Shown here in pieces: positions 23,501 through 35,561 of a stretch of DNA of 64,000 bases. The stretch spans positions 1,550,001-1,614,000 of the forward strand of contig CATNEN010000026.1 of the NCBI GenBank assembly GCA_950097015.1. The letters run 5' to 3'. This DNA is from Macrostomum hystrix. Lineage: Eukaryota > Animalia > Platyhelminthes. Position numbers and translations under genes: made by a program. Positions within the stretch are counted from its first letter, which is position 1, and every line of letters starts with the position of its first letter. A model generated the notes under the pieces. It was not told the origin of the DNA, ran no database searches, and saw only the letters and a program-made list of their open reading frames with translations.

Positions 23501-26500
23501 GCGCAGGCACTCCTGATTGGTGGCAATCGGAGATGAAAATTAAACAGACTCTACTGCAAATTAAACGAACTCATCCACATTGTTGCCTGACCTGGAAAGC
23601 CGGCTGGGCTGTCAATCGACCGCACGCCTCTGGCGTCCTCCGGCCCAGCTCCGCAGCTAGCCGGCGCAGCAGCTTTTCCTCTTCCAAGACTAATCGACAA
23701 TACTGCGACGTTAAATCTCCGACGCAGCGACGCTTCTTAGCGGCCTCCTCGCGATCCATGCCAGACTTGCGACGAGCCGACTCAGTTAGTAGCTCTTCAA
23801 GCGCTGATCGACTGGAAACCGACGATGGCAACAAAGCATCGCGAAGGCCATCGGCTCCGGCTGTGGCTGCCAGCGAGATTCGCCGACCAAGACCGCCTGC
23901 CGGCATCGACCGGCCGGATAGACGGCGCAGATCGCGCATGGCTGCCAGGCAAGTGGCTTTGCGAGCTTCGCGTATAGCGCCAAGCAGCTCGGGTACTGAC
24001 TCTGGAGCCTGCTGCTGCATACTATTCCGTGTACAGCTAGCGTCAATTTACTATGGACAGTCGCAAAACGTATAGGTATATATTTAATGTCCTCCCGACA
24101 ATGTTTATTATAGCAATACTCTATGCAGTAAGTAGAAGAGTCTTCTTTTAAAATTGCAAGTAGTTTAGCGCCTTATTGTCCGTATTTTACCAACTCTCAC
24201 GCCAGGGTTGAATACCAGAGAGTTAACGTGCCATTCCTGTGCTGGCGCACTAAACGGTATTGATTGGCGGCCCACTGACTGATTGATTTTGCTCGTTATC
24301 CGCACACCGAGTGAACGCCACAGTACGTTAAGCACCTCTCTCCCTTTCTCTGTCTTCTTCACTTGCCCTTCAGTATTTTCAGGGCTGTGGTTTCGGGTCA
24401 GAGAAACCTAGCTTGTACTCGTATTCTAATGCAAGACAAGAAGTCAAATATTGGCATTGAACATTGTACGCTCATTGACGTTTATAAGCTTTTAAGTAAA
24501 GTTATAATCCTTTAGTTTTCTTCGTCAAATTAAACCTGCTCGATAAAGTGTATCCTTTGGATTTTGAAAGCTAAAACTGTCTCAGATCTATATGTAATTG
24601 ATGATGCTAACAACGATCAGGCTAAATAGTAACTATAGTTACTATCGAACAGACAAATAGAAAGAGAAACGTAATGCTTTGAAAAAAACATTCAGAGTTG
24701 AATTATTGCATTGGCTCACCAAACAGATCAAAATTTGGTTGAATCCGGCTATCAGCCAGTGTAAACCAGATCAGACCAATAATCATGCAGAACATAGCCG
24801 ACACATCGTAGATATTGTAACGCCGGCCTTGTATGAGAATTCCGCCAATCATTGTTGGCACCAGTTTGCAGCACTTCATTATCACCTGGGTTGGATAGCT
24901 AAGATAGCCTAAGGCTGTATTGCTGGCGGCCATTGTTGTCACAGTGAGGAAGCCAAGCAGGGCGTAGGTGCGCCATGGGATTCTGAAGCGTGACAAGTGG
25001 CATTTTTCAATTACCGAGGAATAGGAAAATTATGGGAAATCGAAGGGTCGATTCCTGAATATTCTGAATTATGGGAATGGTTTAACGCGACTAGAAAAGC
25101 GAAAGGTGATAAATACCAAAACCTGACTGAAAAGGGGAAGGGGATAAATCTAAAAACTGACTGGAAAGGGTAAGGGGATAAATCTAAAAACTGACTGGAA
25201 AAGGTAAGGGGAAAAATCTAAAAACGGACTGGAAAGGGTAAGGGGAAAAATCTAAAAACTGACAGGAAAGGGTAAGGGGATAAATCTAAAAACTGACTGG
25301 AATGGGAAGGGGATAAATCTAAAAACTGACTAGAAACGGGAAGGGGATAAATCTAAAAACTGACTGGAAAGGGTAAGGGGAAAAATCTAAAAACTGACTG
25401 GAAAGGGTAAGGGGAAAAATCTAAAAACTGACTGGAAAGGGTAAGGGGAAAAATCTAAAAACTGACAGGAAAGGGTAAGGGGATAAATGTAAAAACTGAC
25501 TGGAATGGGAAGGGGATAAATCTAAAAACTGACTGGAAAGGGTAAGGGGAAAAATCTAAAAACTGACTGGAAAGGGTAAGGGGAAAAATCTAAAAACTGA
25601 CAGGAAAGGGTAAGGGGATAAATGTAAAAACTGACTGGAATGGGAAGGGGATAAATCTAAAAACTGACTAGAAACGGGAAGGGGATAAATCTAAAAACCG
25701 ACTGGAAATGTGAATGGGAATAATTCTAAAAACTGACTGGAATGGGAAGGGGATAAATCTAAAAACCGACTGGAAATGGGAAGGGGATAAATCTAAAAAC
25801 CGACTGGAAATGTGAATGGGAATAATTCTAAAAACTGACTGGAATGGGAAGGGGATAAATCTAAAAACTGACGGAAATGGGGAAGGGGATAAATCTAAAA
25901 ACCGACTGGAAATGTGAATGGGAATAATTCTAAAAACACTGATTCGAATGGGAAGGGGATAAATCTAAAAACTGACTAGAAACGGGAAGAGGATAAATCT
26001 AAAAACTGACTGAAATGGGGAAGGGGATAAATCTAAAAACTGACTGGAAATGTGAAGGGGATAAATCTAAAAACTGACTGGAAACGGGAAGAGGATAAAT
26101 CTAAAAACTGACTGAAATGGGGAAGGGGATAAATCTAAAAACTGACTGGAAATGTGAAGGGGAAAAATCTAAAAACTGACTGGAAATGGGAAGAGGATAA
26201 ATCCCAAAAATTACCGGAAAAGGAAAATGGATAATTACACAAACTTGACAATTAGAAAGGCAAAGATTCAAAGGCCGACTCACGTTCTAATCTTATCAGG
26301 CGATAGTCCACCCCTCTGCTCCAGGCAGGCCAGCATAACATAAAAAGCGAATTGCACAGTGGTGATGAAAGTTCCATGCGGTCGAACGCCTTCGGTGCGA
26401 AATATCAGTTCAATAACGTAGCCATAGAGACAGTAGAACACAAACACTCCCAGGCAGCCAGTGGTAAAGAGAAACTCCGGCGATCGGCCAGCCAAATTGT

Positions 26501-26540
26501 AGCCCATCACAATCAGAGTGGCCGGCTCCTTCATAGAAGA

Positions 26541-26573
<33 letters not shown>

Positions 26574-26684
26574 AGCAGCTGCTAATTCCGGCGTTGGTGC
26601 TTTAATGCTAATAATAGCGTGGCCGCTGCTGCCACCGCCGCCGCTAACTACCTGCTGCAGTTGGTGCTGCTGGTGCTGGGACAT
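17522..26684 (-). CDS. SLC35B3: PAPS transporter 2 (UAA-family nucleotide-sugar transporter)
   Basis: complement(join(26284..26684 [first ATG; frame open to 26788], 24720..24982, 21096..21193, 20918..21010, 18612..18723, 18448..18517, 17522..17693)), all GT-AG with consistent phases. Motifs: GVFVFYCLYGY..ELIF, VQFAFY, SNTALGYLSYPTQVIMKCCKLVPTMIGG, LCADGAIGNVQE, TTCRKAVTIVLSFLFFSKPFT, YVWSGLVVVLGIYLNLYSKN. N-terminus has a polyQ tract. Confidence 0.95.
17895..18191 (-). mobile_element. tRNA-derived SINE family A, best full-length copy (~295 bp)
   Basis: Minus strand reads gaggttgtagcctagtggttagggcgtcggac (A box)..ggttcgattccc (B box)..gcaagacacttaactctg..cagctgttaaatgggcaccagc..cagtccatggactg..ctgcacatctggcccgattgg..taatcaattaattaatt tail. 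Lies in the last SLC35B3 intron. Confidence 0.85.
18789..20745. repeat. 20-bp minisatellite (~90 units) with a recurrent 28-bp variant, in an SLC35B3 intron
   Basis: Unit ggatctagtatgtca(g/t)gaat; the variant ggatctataattatagtatgtcaggaat recurs every few units. Confidence 0.96.
22457..22875. mobile_element. CACTA/EnSpm-like non-autonomous element
   Basis: Starts ta|CACTGTAAAAAAT and ends ATTTTTAGCGGG|ta (imperfect TIR, 2-bp TA flank). Internal inverted motifs cttcggcggttt / aaaccgccgaag and repeated ggaatc. Confidence 0.5.
23165..24020 (-). CDS. Uncharacterised 258-aa protein, nested in SLC35B3 intron 2 on the same strand
   Basis: complement(join(23592..24020, 23165..23512)): ATG at 24020, 79-nt GT-AG intron (gtcagg..ccaatcag), phase 0. 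The second exon is a stop-free 115-codon frame (ECLRRSQLRS..LVWWIDRAVYAQDRREVEREYASD*) absent from the ORF track because it lacks a start codon. GC-rich, with codon style like the neighbouring genes. Confidence 0.75.
25125..26205. repeat. ~33-34-bp purine-rich minisatellite filling SLC35B3 intron 1
   Basis: Unit gactggaaagggtaagggga(t/a)aaatctaaaaact with variants. Confidence 0.93.
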
Positions 26685-26991
26685 CTTGTGCAATATTTTT
26701 GGCGCCGATTCAACTGCAGGCGGGGCGGCTGCGACAGTCTGGGACTCGGCCAAAGTTTCGGAATCAATCTTGCCAGAGATTTTCTTCACTATTTGTTAAA
26801 ATTGTTGTCCACTACCAGTCCATGTTGTTCGATTGCCAAGCTGCTGCGACTAAATTCTAGCTTAAATTATTTTTTAACAGAAAAAATGTTTCGTTTTTTT
26901 AATAAAAAACGGTGCTTATCGACCTACTTATAGTAGGAGGCTGAGACTACTTAGGGATTAGGGATTTATAAATAGCTAACAACATTACTGA

Positions 26992-27190
26992 AGGTTGTTG
27001 GCCAGTGGTTAGAGTCTCAGACTCTTAACTGAGAGTTCGACAGTTCGAATCACAAGTCATTGAGCAAGACACTTAATTCCCTGTTGCTTCAGCCTATCCT
27101 GCTGAAACATTTGGCTGGTGTGGCGGCCCCCAGTCCATGGACTGAAGAGCTGCTGTACACAGCTTTTGGAAGCGCCGCGCATTCTGTGCA
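26992..27190 (+). mobile_element. tRNA-derived SINE family A (internally deleted)
   Basis: aggttgttggccagtggttagag (A box), gttcgaatc (B box), gagcaagacacttaa, ccccagtccatggactgaa; its tail runs into the 27190 array. Confidence 0.75.
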
Positions 27191-27685
27191 TCTAGCCCAA
27201 ATGGCTGTACATCTATCTAGCCTAACTGGCTGTACATCTCGTTGTACATCTATCTTGCCTAACTGGCTGTACATCTCGCTGTACATCTATCTTGCCTAAC
27301 TGGCTGTACATCTATCTTGCCTAACTGGCTGTACATCTATCTTGCCTAACTGGCTGTACATCTATCTAGCCTAACTGGCTGTACATCTAGCCTAACTTGC
27401 TCTACATCTGGCCTAACTGGCTGTACATCTGGCTTAACTAGCTGTACATTTAGCCTAACTGGCTGTACATCTAGCCCAACTGGCTGTACATCTGGCCCAA
27501 CTGGCTGTACATCTAGCCCAACTGACTGTACATCTGACTGTGCATCTAGCCCAACTGCTGTACATCTGGCCCAACTGGCTGTACATCTAGCCCAACTGAC
27601 TGTACATCTGACTGTGCATCTAGCCCAACTGCTGTACATCTAGCCCAACTGGCTGTACATCTGACTGTACATCTGGCCCAACTGG
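27190..27685. repeat. 21-25-bp minisatellite derived from the SINE 3' end
   Basis: Unit ctgtacatct(a/g)gcc(c/t)aactgg matches the family-A tail ctgcacatctggcccgattgg. Confidence 0.85.
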
Positions 27686-27878
27686 CTGTTCAGTCCATAG
27701 ACTAGTTCGGGGCGCCACACCCACCCTCAATTACCCCAGCTAATGCTGGTACCCATTTAACAGCTGGGTGAACTGAAGCAATGCAGAGCTAAGTGTCCTG
27801 CTAAAGGATACAAATTGTTCCGGTGAAGTCGGGAACTCGAACCCCTGACCTTGTGGTGAGCAATAGGCTACAGCCCCT
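27685..27878 (-). mobile_element. tRNA-derived SINE family A
   Basis: ctgttcagtccatagactag..cccatttaacagctgggtgaactgaagcaatgcagag..gaagtcgggaactcgaacccctgacc; nearly collinear with 17980..18190. Confidence 0.8.
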
Positions 27879-28624
27879 AAAACAGGTGAATTTTTTATCT
27901 GACGAAGATATTTCACTCCGTACTAAAAAATGCATACACAGTATAACTACAATTTGTCAAAAGAAAACAAAAAACAAACACTCAAACAGTTGAAACTGGG
28001 CATTGGCAGGATTTCAATCCTATTTATATTTATTTTAGTAAATTATTATTTAATTGTTTCTAAAATCAATTATTCCGGACTTTTATGATTGGGCATTGAT
28101 ATTCCGCCGTGTAAGTGGGAGAGGACAGCTAGAAATTATACAGAAAAACATGTTGCAGAGGCTATTCTGAAGATGTTAGGTCAATTTTTTAAAACAGCGC
28201 AAGAGGTCGAAAAGCGCATAAGAGATGTGTAGGAGTACGATAGGCAATACAAGTATCTAGTACACGCTGGTATTATATTACGAGTAATTATAACACTACA
28301 GAGTGTAACACTAAGTAGCTAGTGGCATACTTATAGAACTAAATTTTTATCTGTTCCAATTCGCTTTTTCTATCTAAAATTCAATGTCTTTCAGTTTCCA
28401 TTCTCGCTGGGGTCGACGAAACTGAGCCGAGGCTGAAAATGAGATTGAAATTATAACTGAAATTAAATATACTACTGAAAGTAGCCTATTAACTTAATAA
28501 AATAAATTCTATGAAAAACATGAGAATACATAATTACAGATTAAATCTTCAAAATAAAAAACTTGTCATTTAAAACCGGGGATCTAGGACAAACTACCTA
28601 AAAATGAGTATTTGAAAGATTAGT

Positions 28625-30467
28625 GACTCAGAACTGAGGGTATGGAAAATAAGTGACTCAAACCTGAGGGTCTGGGAATTAGTGATTCATAACTGAGGGT
28701 CTGGGAATTAGTGATTCATAACTGAGGGTCTGGGAATTAGTGATTCATAACTGAGGGTCCGGGAGATTAGTGACTCATAACTGAGAGTCTAGGAGATTAG
28801 TGACTCAGAACTGAGGGTCTGGGAGATTAGTGACTCAGAACTGAGGGAATAGGAGATTAGTGACTCATAACTGAGGGTCTAGGAGATTAGTGACTGATAA
28901 CTGAGGGTCTAGGAGATTAGTGACTCATAACTGAGGGTCTAGGAGATTAGTGACTCATAACTGAGGGTCTAGGAGATTAGTGACTCAGAACTGAGGGTCT
29001 GGGAGATTAGTGACTCATAACTGAGGGAATAGGAGATTAGTGACTCAGAACTGAGGGAATAGGAGATTAGTGACTCATAACTGAGGGTCTGGGAGATTAG
29101 TGACTCATAACTGAGGGTCTGGGAGATTAGTGACTCATAACTGAGGGTCTGGGAGATTAGTGACTTGTAACTGAGGGTCTAGGAGATTAGTGACTCAGAA
29201 CTCAGGGTCTAGGAGATTAGTGACTCATAACTGGGGGTCTAGGAGATTAGTGACTCATAACTGGGGGTCTAGGAGATTAGTGACTCATAACTGGGGGTCT
29301 AGGAGATTAGTGACTCATAACTGAGTGAATAGGAGATTAGTGACTCAGAACTGAGGGTATGGGAGATTAGTGACTCATAACTGAGGGTCTGGGAGATTAG
29401 TGACTCATAACTGAGGGTCTAGGAGATTAGTGACTCATAACTGAGGGTCTAGGAGATTAGTGACTCATAACTGGGGGTCTAGGAGATTAGTGACTCAGAA
29501 CTGAGGGTCTGGGAGATTAGTGACTCATAACTTAGGGTCTAGGAGATTAGTGACTCATAACTGAGGGTCTGGGAGATTAGTGACTCAGAACTGAGGGTCT
29601 AGGAGATTAGTGACTCATAACTGAGGGTCTGGGAGATTAGTGACTCATAACTGAGGGTCTAGGAGATTAGTGACTCATAACTGAGGGTATGGAAAATTAG
29701 TGACTCATAACTGAGGGTCTAGGAGATTAGTGACTCATAACTGAGGGTCTGGAAGATTAGTGACTCATAACTGAGGGTCTGGGAGATTAGTGATTCATAA
29801 CTGAGGGTCTAGGAGATTAGTGACTCATAACTTAGGGTCTAGGAGATTAGTGACTCATAACTGAGAGTCTAGGAGATTAGTGACTCAGAACTGAGGGTCT
29901 GGGAGATTAGTGACTCAGAACTGAGGGTATGGGAGATTAGTGACTCATAACTGAGGGTCTGGGAGATTAGTGACTCATAACTGAGGGTCTAGGAGATTAG
30001 TGACTCATAACTGGGGGTCTAGGAGATTAGTGACTCATAACTGAGGGTCTAGGAGATTAGTGACTCAGAACTGAGGGTCTGGGAGATTAGTGACTCATAA
30101 CTGAGGGAATAGGAGATTAGTGACTCAGAACTGAGGGAATAGGAGATTAGTGACTCATAACTGAGGGTCTGGGAGATTAGTGACTCATAACTGAGGGTCT
30201 GGGAGATTAGTGACTCATAACTGAGGGTCTAGGAGATTAGTGACTCATAACTGGGGGTCTAGGAGATTAGTGACTCATAACTGAGGGTCTAGGAGATTAG
30301 TGACTCATAACTGAGGGTCTGGGAGATTAGTGACTCATAACTGAGGGTCTGGGAGATTAGTGACTCATAACTGAGGGTCTGGGAGATTAGTGACTCATAA
30401 CTGAGGGTCTGGGAGATTAGTGACTCATAACTGAGGGTCTGGGAGATTAGTGACTCATAACTGAGAA
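28625..30467. repeat. 30-bp minisatellite (~60 copies) 3' of COX6C
   Basis: Unit actgagggtct(a/g)ggagattagtgactcata. Confidence 0.97.
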
Positions 30468-30578
30468 TCAATTTTAGGATGAGGAAGGATGAATGACCAT
30501 GTAACAATAATCTAAAAAACTGAAAATACCCTTAAAAAGAATTCAATATTAACTCACATGAAGCAGTACTATTGAAGT

Positions 30579-33500
30579 TTAGTTGAACTTTTCAACGCAC
30601 AACCTGCCAGAGCGGTCAACAGATTTGAACAGACCAGCCTCGGAGATGCGCTTGAAGACCTGCTTCTGATATTCCATATCTTCAGCCTTCAGGCGAAACT
30701 CGCGATAGGCCTTCCGCCTAGGCAGGATGTGGGCAACGGTGTAGTAGGCACAAACAACAGTTGGCACCACAAACCAGATGATGGAGTGCCTCATTACCTG
30801 GGAGGCATAGATACCACGCAGTACAGGCTTGTTCATGACTGGGCTGGGATGCCAAATTGCTGCAGAGTTAAAGATAGACAAAAAAGTGTTTTAGCCAGAT
30901 ACCAAATAGTCAATAGCATTTAATGCTTTATCCAAAAATTAAGCAAAAAGTTAGAATAAGGTGGGTTAACATAATGATATTTTTCAACTATTTCTGGACT
31001 GTCATGAACCACGTAGCATTATACAAATTATATTTGCCTTTAACTACTTTCTAGAACCAACAGATTGTGTGAAATAAATTATTCAGATAAGGATTAGGTA
31101 CACCTTTTCTGAAAATCATTGTACTAACAACTGACTAACCATTTTAATTAGAAAAACCAAATACAAAACAAACTAAAACAAACAAAACAAAAATCTGAAA
31201 TTGATACTGGACTATATTAGATTTACAATTATTTACCAACTAGAATAATTGTGACCAAAATAATGTGAAATTTAAATACAAAAATTGCAAGCTTAACTAA
31301 TTATATGATGTAGGGTTGTTTCATTTTTACACGTTACGTACATTTCTTAGAAAATGTTTTAAATTTTGTTTTAATACACTGAATTGTTTTAATGCACCGA
31401 ATTTTGTTTAAATGCTCCAAAGGCACAAATCGTTAAAGTTATAATGAAGTGAAGAGGAGAGAACTAGTATAAATACACGAGCAAAAGAGGAGAGAAAATA
31501 ACCTCGTGCCTGACGAAGTTCAGAATAAAGAAAGCTTGAATTTGAAGTGTTCGTGTTAAAGTTATTTGAGAAAAAGAGACATTGCAAAAGAGAAGTAAAT
31601 AGAGTGAAGAGAAAGCTGTAACTCTAGATCCACTGGAAAAGCCCTAAGAAGCGGACTGCAGATTGAAATTGAAGACTGAACTGAAGATTGAATTGAAGGT
31701 TAACTGAATAATAATTGAAGATTGATAAAGACTGATAAAGACGGATAAAGACTGATAAAAGACGGATAAAGATTTATACAAAGTACTTATAGAAATAATA
31801 CAGTAAAGTTATAACCAGAAAGGAATATAGAGGAGAGATACCGGCCATACTGAAAGTATAACGCTACCATATTTGAATACATAAACACTACCAATTTGAA
31901 TTTGAAATAAGAAAGTGCATAAAGCAAATAAAGTAAAGACAATAATAAGATTGACATAAGATAGTACTTGAATAAAAGAAGCCTAGAACAACTCTGGTGA
32001 CAGCAGTAGAATTAATTTAGCCCTACAACAACTTTGGTGGCATTGTTAGAATTAATATTGAATAAGAGGGAAGCCCTACGACAACTTTGGTGGCAGCGGT
32101 AGGATCGTTAATCTCCACCTAGGACATATAGTTATTTTTTTATTTATGTTGATGATTTCAACCTTTCTCTTTTGAACTGTTGAACTTCAAACTTTCACTT
32201 ATTTGCTTTAGTTGTTATTTGCCTTTATAAAAGCCTTTATAAAATTAACATTTTTGCTCCTTTACACTAAATTTTCTCTCCTAATATGTACAGCCTATAC
32301 AAACAATTGCATAGAATTCATCATATGTATACTTTATGTAATTATTAGCAATATATTCAAAATCTACTAGTTCCATTGGCAAGCATTTTTGTTACACAAC
32401 AACATGATGATGAATATTATTAATATATGAATTCTTTTTAGAAATGGTATATATAAATCATATTTATATTTATAAAAAAGTTAAGAGAAGAATGACAGAT
32501 TTTTGCTACATTAGTCAGCATATATACAAAATAAGATAGTTGCTTTAAAATAAACAAACCTAATAATCTGACCTGCATGTTCAATTTGTTTTAGAAAATA
32601 CCCTCATTACTATCACCTATCAAAAAGCAAATAAATAATCTGAACAACAGGAATAAAATCAAGAATATGGTCACAGCACTTATTTGTTTAATGTCAATGG
32701 TATGATAAAAGCCACAAAGAAGCTGAGAAGTCACACTTTAAAGAAGGATATCTAAAAAAAAGTACTTCACTAATTTTTGTGTCTAAGGTGTAATTTTGTA
32801 GCAAAGAGATGCATCAGGCAGTTGTAGCAGTATTTGGTGAAATAAGTGACCTATGCATTTAGGTGAAGCAGAAATAGGATCATAGGATGCTTCCAAAAAA
32901 CCATCAGAACACACTTTTAGAGTTTATTTAGTAGCAAATTATTGGTGAAACTAAAAAATATAAAGTAATTTTTATTTCAATTTCTTTATATTTATGTCCG
33001 ACAATTTTTTAAAGCATAGGCCTAATTTGGCATCAGACATACACTTCAGACATTTGTCAAACATACACTTTGGCTCAAGAGTTTGTGATTTTGTTTTAAG
33101 TTTTGCTTAAAGTGAAAAATGTCTATTGGAAAATGTCTGTCTTGGAACCCATATATTCCTTATAAATTTGAAATTTGAATGAGACACGGGTAATAGTGTC
33201 CAATCAAGTATAGGATATTACCAAACTGCTGATCAGGGAAGGCCCAGCGCCGCATGAACTCTGGCAGATATGTGCTAAAAAGAGCATCCATGTGAGCATC
33301 CAGGTTATTTGGGTCTCAGAAATGCATTAAATGATTCAAAACAGACTTGCTAAGTTGCTATGCCCCGATTGCCTAGATTTCTTCTTTAAAAACTGTTGTA
33401 GCAATTCTTAAGTTAAAGTAGCCTAACTTTAAGGGTAATATTAGGCCCATACACTGATTTTAATCTACTAGTAGGCCTACACATCAAACTTCAAACTAGC

Positions 33501-34378
33501 CACAACCAAAATGGCCACATTACAATATATATGACTACAAGTCAAAATATTGAGACAACATATTAGGCAAAAAGACAAGAGTCAACTACTATACTATATT
33601 ACTATATTTATCATGCAATAGGCCTATAGTATAGTAGCTCCATATTAACTCCATATTAGCTCCATATTAACAATGAACAATTGCTCCAAATGATAGGGGC
33701 CTAACAAAAGGATCACAAATGTAACCATGGCCATGGAATTATCTTTTATATTAACATATGATCTCCAAAATTTATTTGATTAAACGACTATTTTTGCTTC
33801 ACATAATAAAATTACTTAGGCCTATAGCTAAGCCTATGGATGAAAAGTTAAAGGCTTAAAATGGCAAATATGTATTACAATTTTAGAAGGGCCTATGCCA
33901 TACATATGAGAATTTTTAGACATAATTGCTATTATATTAAATCTAGCAAAAGTATTGTGAATGGACATGACCATGTGACCAGGTCTTAGGCGCATCTTCG
34001 AATTTCTAGTTGTTAATATAGGCCTAAGCTTAGCGGAATTAGCATTATCTCACTTTACCAAATTACTAATCTATTGCTATCCCCTCATCTACCTATATAA
34101 GTTTCTTAAAAGTAAATTTTACATATATGACACATGGACATGGCCACCTTTTTAAGAACTGAGTGAGATTTGACTGAAAATATACATACTTATCACTCAG
34201 AATTTTACATTTTTAGATAGATAGCGATAGCTAAACTATTTTTAGTACGATTCCTAATGACGATAAAATTGCCCGTTAAAAACGTTAGAAGTGACGTTTA
34301 TAATTGAATTAGAAATTACAATAAAATGATTACTATCTCACTTGTTCGAAATATGTAATATCGCAAATCAATGCTCAT
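30579..34378 (-). CDS. COX6C: Cytochrome c oxidase subunit 6C
   Basis: Main exon 30579..30859 (acceptor tttaactctgcag): KPVLRG..TM helix..RRKAYREF..AGLFKSV, matching COX6C KPRMRG..RKKAYADF..AGIFQSV. Candidate first exon 34342..34378 (MSIDLRYYIFRT, donor gtgaga) is phase-1 compatible; otherwise the start is ATG 30836. Confidence 0.82.
31309..32105 (+). mobile_element. LTR-retrotransposon LTR (~720 bp) followed by three tandem LTR-end/PBS copies; internal domain absent
   Basis: Starts TGTAGGG (31309) with the inverted terminus CCCTACA (32021..32027); TATAAATA near 31468 and AATAAA near 31927. PBS-like sequences: tggtgacagcagtagaat (31995), tggtggcattgttagaat (32035) and tggtggcagcggtaggat (32088). 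The last is nearly complementary to the 3' end of eukaryotic tRNA-Leu (..ATCCCACCGCTGCCACCA). Confidence 0.75.
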
Positions 34379-35513
34379 TCCAGTACCAAGTAAGGAACAA
34401 CCATTTTTAGATAGAAAAACTTTCTTTAACAGTTTAACAGAGAACCTAACTGTCTAATAATGTACTTTGTTTATTGGTCCTTCTTTTCCGGAACACGTTT
34501 GCAAATCCATTTTTCAGATTTGCTTTTGGCATGGGTAACATGTATTGTTTTTTATTTAATTTAAAACATGTTTTTTCCCATTTTTCGTCAAAAAATAAAA
34601 TTCTTTTGGCCAAAGGCTGCCTAACGACTTAAATCATTTTCACTTGCTAAATTAACTACACAAAAACAATTATATTACAAAGAGAGTATTTAATTTGAAG
34701 TTTGTTAACGATCTGTTAAAAAACCTCTTTTGTGGCAGCTGCAGTAAAACTTCCATCGAATAAAAGTCATAGAAAATATCCAGGCGTAAAAATTTTGCCT
34801 TGAACTGTCATAATTTTGTATACCTGTAAAATATTTTCATGAATGACGCGTAATTTTCTCACGCACCTCTCGATCTCTTCGCAGAATTCAGATATTAAGT
34901 ATGAGAGCCAATCAGCGAATAGGTCGAGCCATCGCGATTCCTGAATTCCATGCACAGTCAGTACTGCATATTTGCTTTTGTTCATTTTTAGCAGCGCTAT
35001 CTGCTTCTAGAATCAAGCGCTGACGATTTAAACACCCGCGCTCGTCAAACTGCAAGTGGACACCGTTTCTAATTTACCAAATACTACATTGCCACAAAGT
35101 TTTTTTCACTCCTTGCAAGATTAAAGTCGACGAAAGGAAATAAAATAAAACACACCCCCTAAAACAGTTTTTATTAACTATTATATCGGCAGGTCGACTA
35201 TTTACTGCCTTTGGCTTCGATTTAAACTAAGGTAATAATTTAAATTATCGGCGTGCAGCACATATAGATACAGTGGTACTTTTCTCCCCTTTTACAAACA
35301 AAGGGACTGATGTATGGGTCTGAACACATGGATGACAGCTTCATAGAGATCCTATGGTGATCCTAAAATAGTGGGAGAATATACCCATGATTTCAGCTAA
35401 AGTAACGATTATAGTTTGAGGTACATGAGAGAGCTCACGGGATTTGACTTCTACTTAGAAAGAGCACAGCATGACACACTATAGCTTGCATGCACTTTAC
35501 TTTAAACATGCAG
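34379..35513. promoter_or_regulatory. Probable bidirectional promoter region between COX6C and the PDZ gene
   Basis: About 1.1 kb of repeat-free sequence between two divergent first coding exons; positional inference only. Confidence 0.35.
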
Positions 35514-35561
35514 TCAGAGAAGTTTGCGCTAGAGCAGAGAAAGAGCTGTACTCAACTGAAA

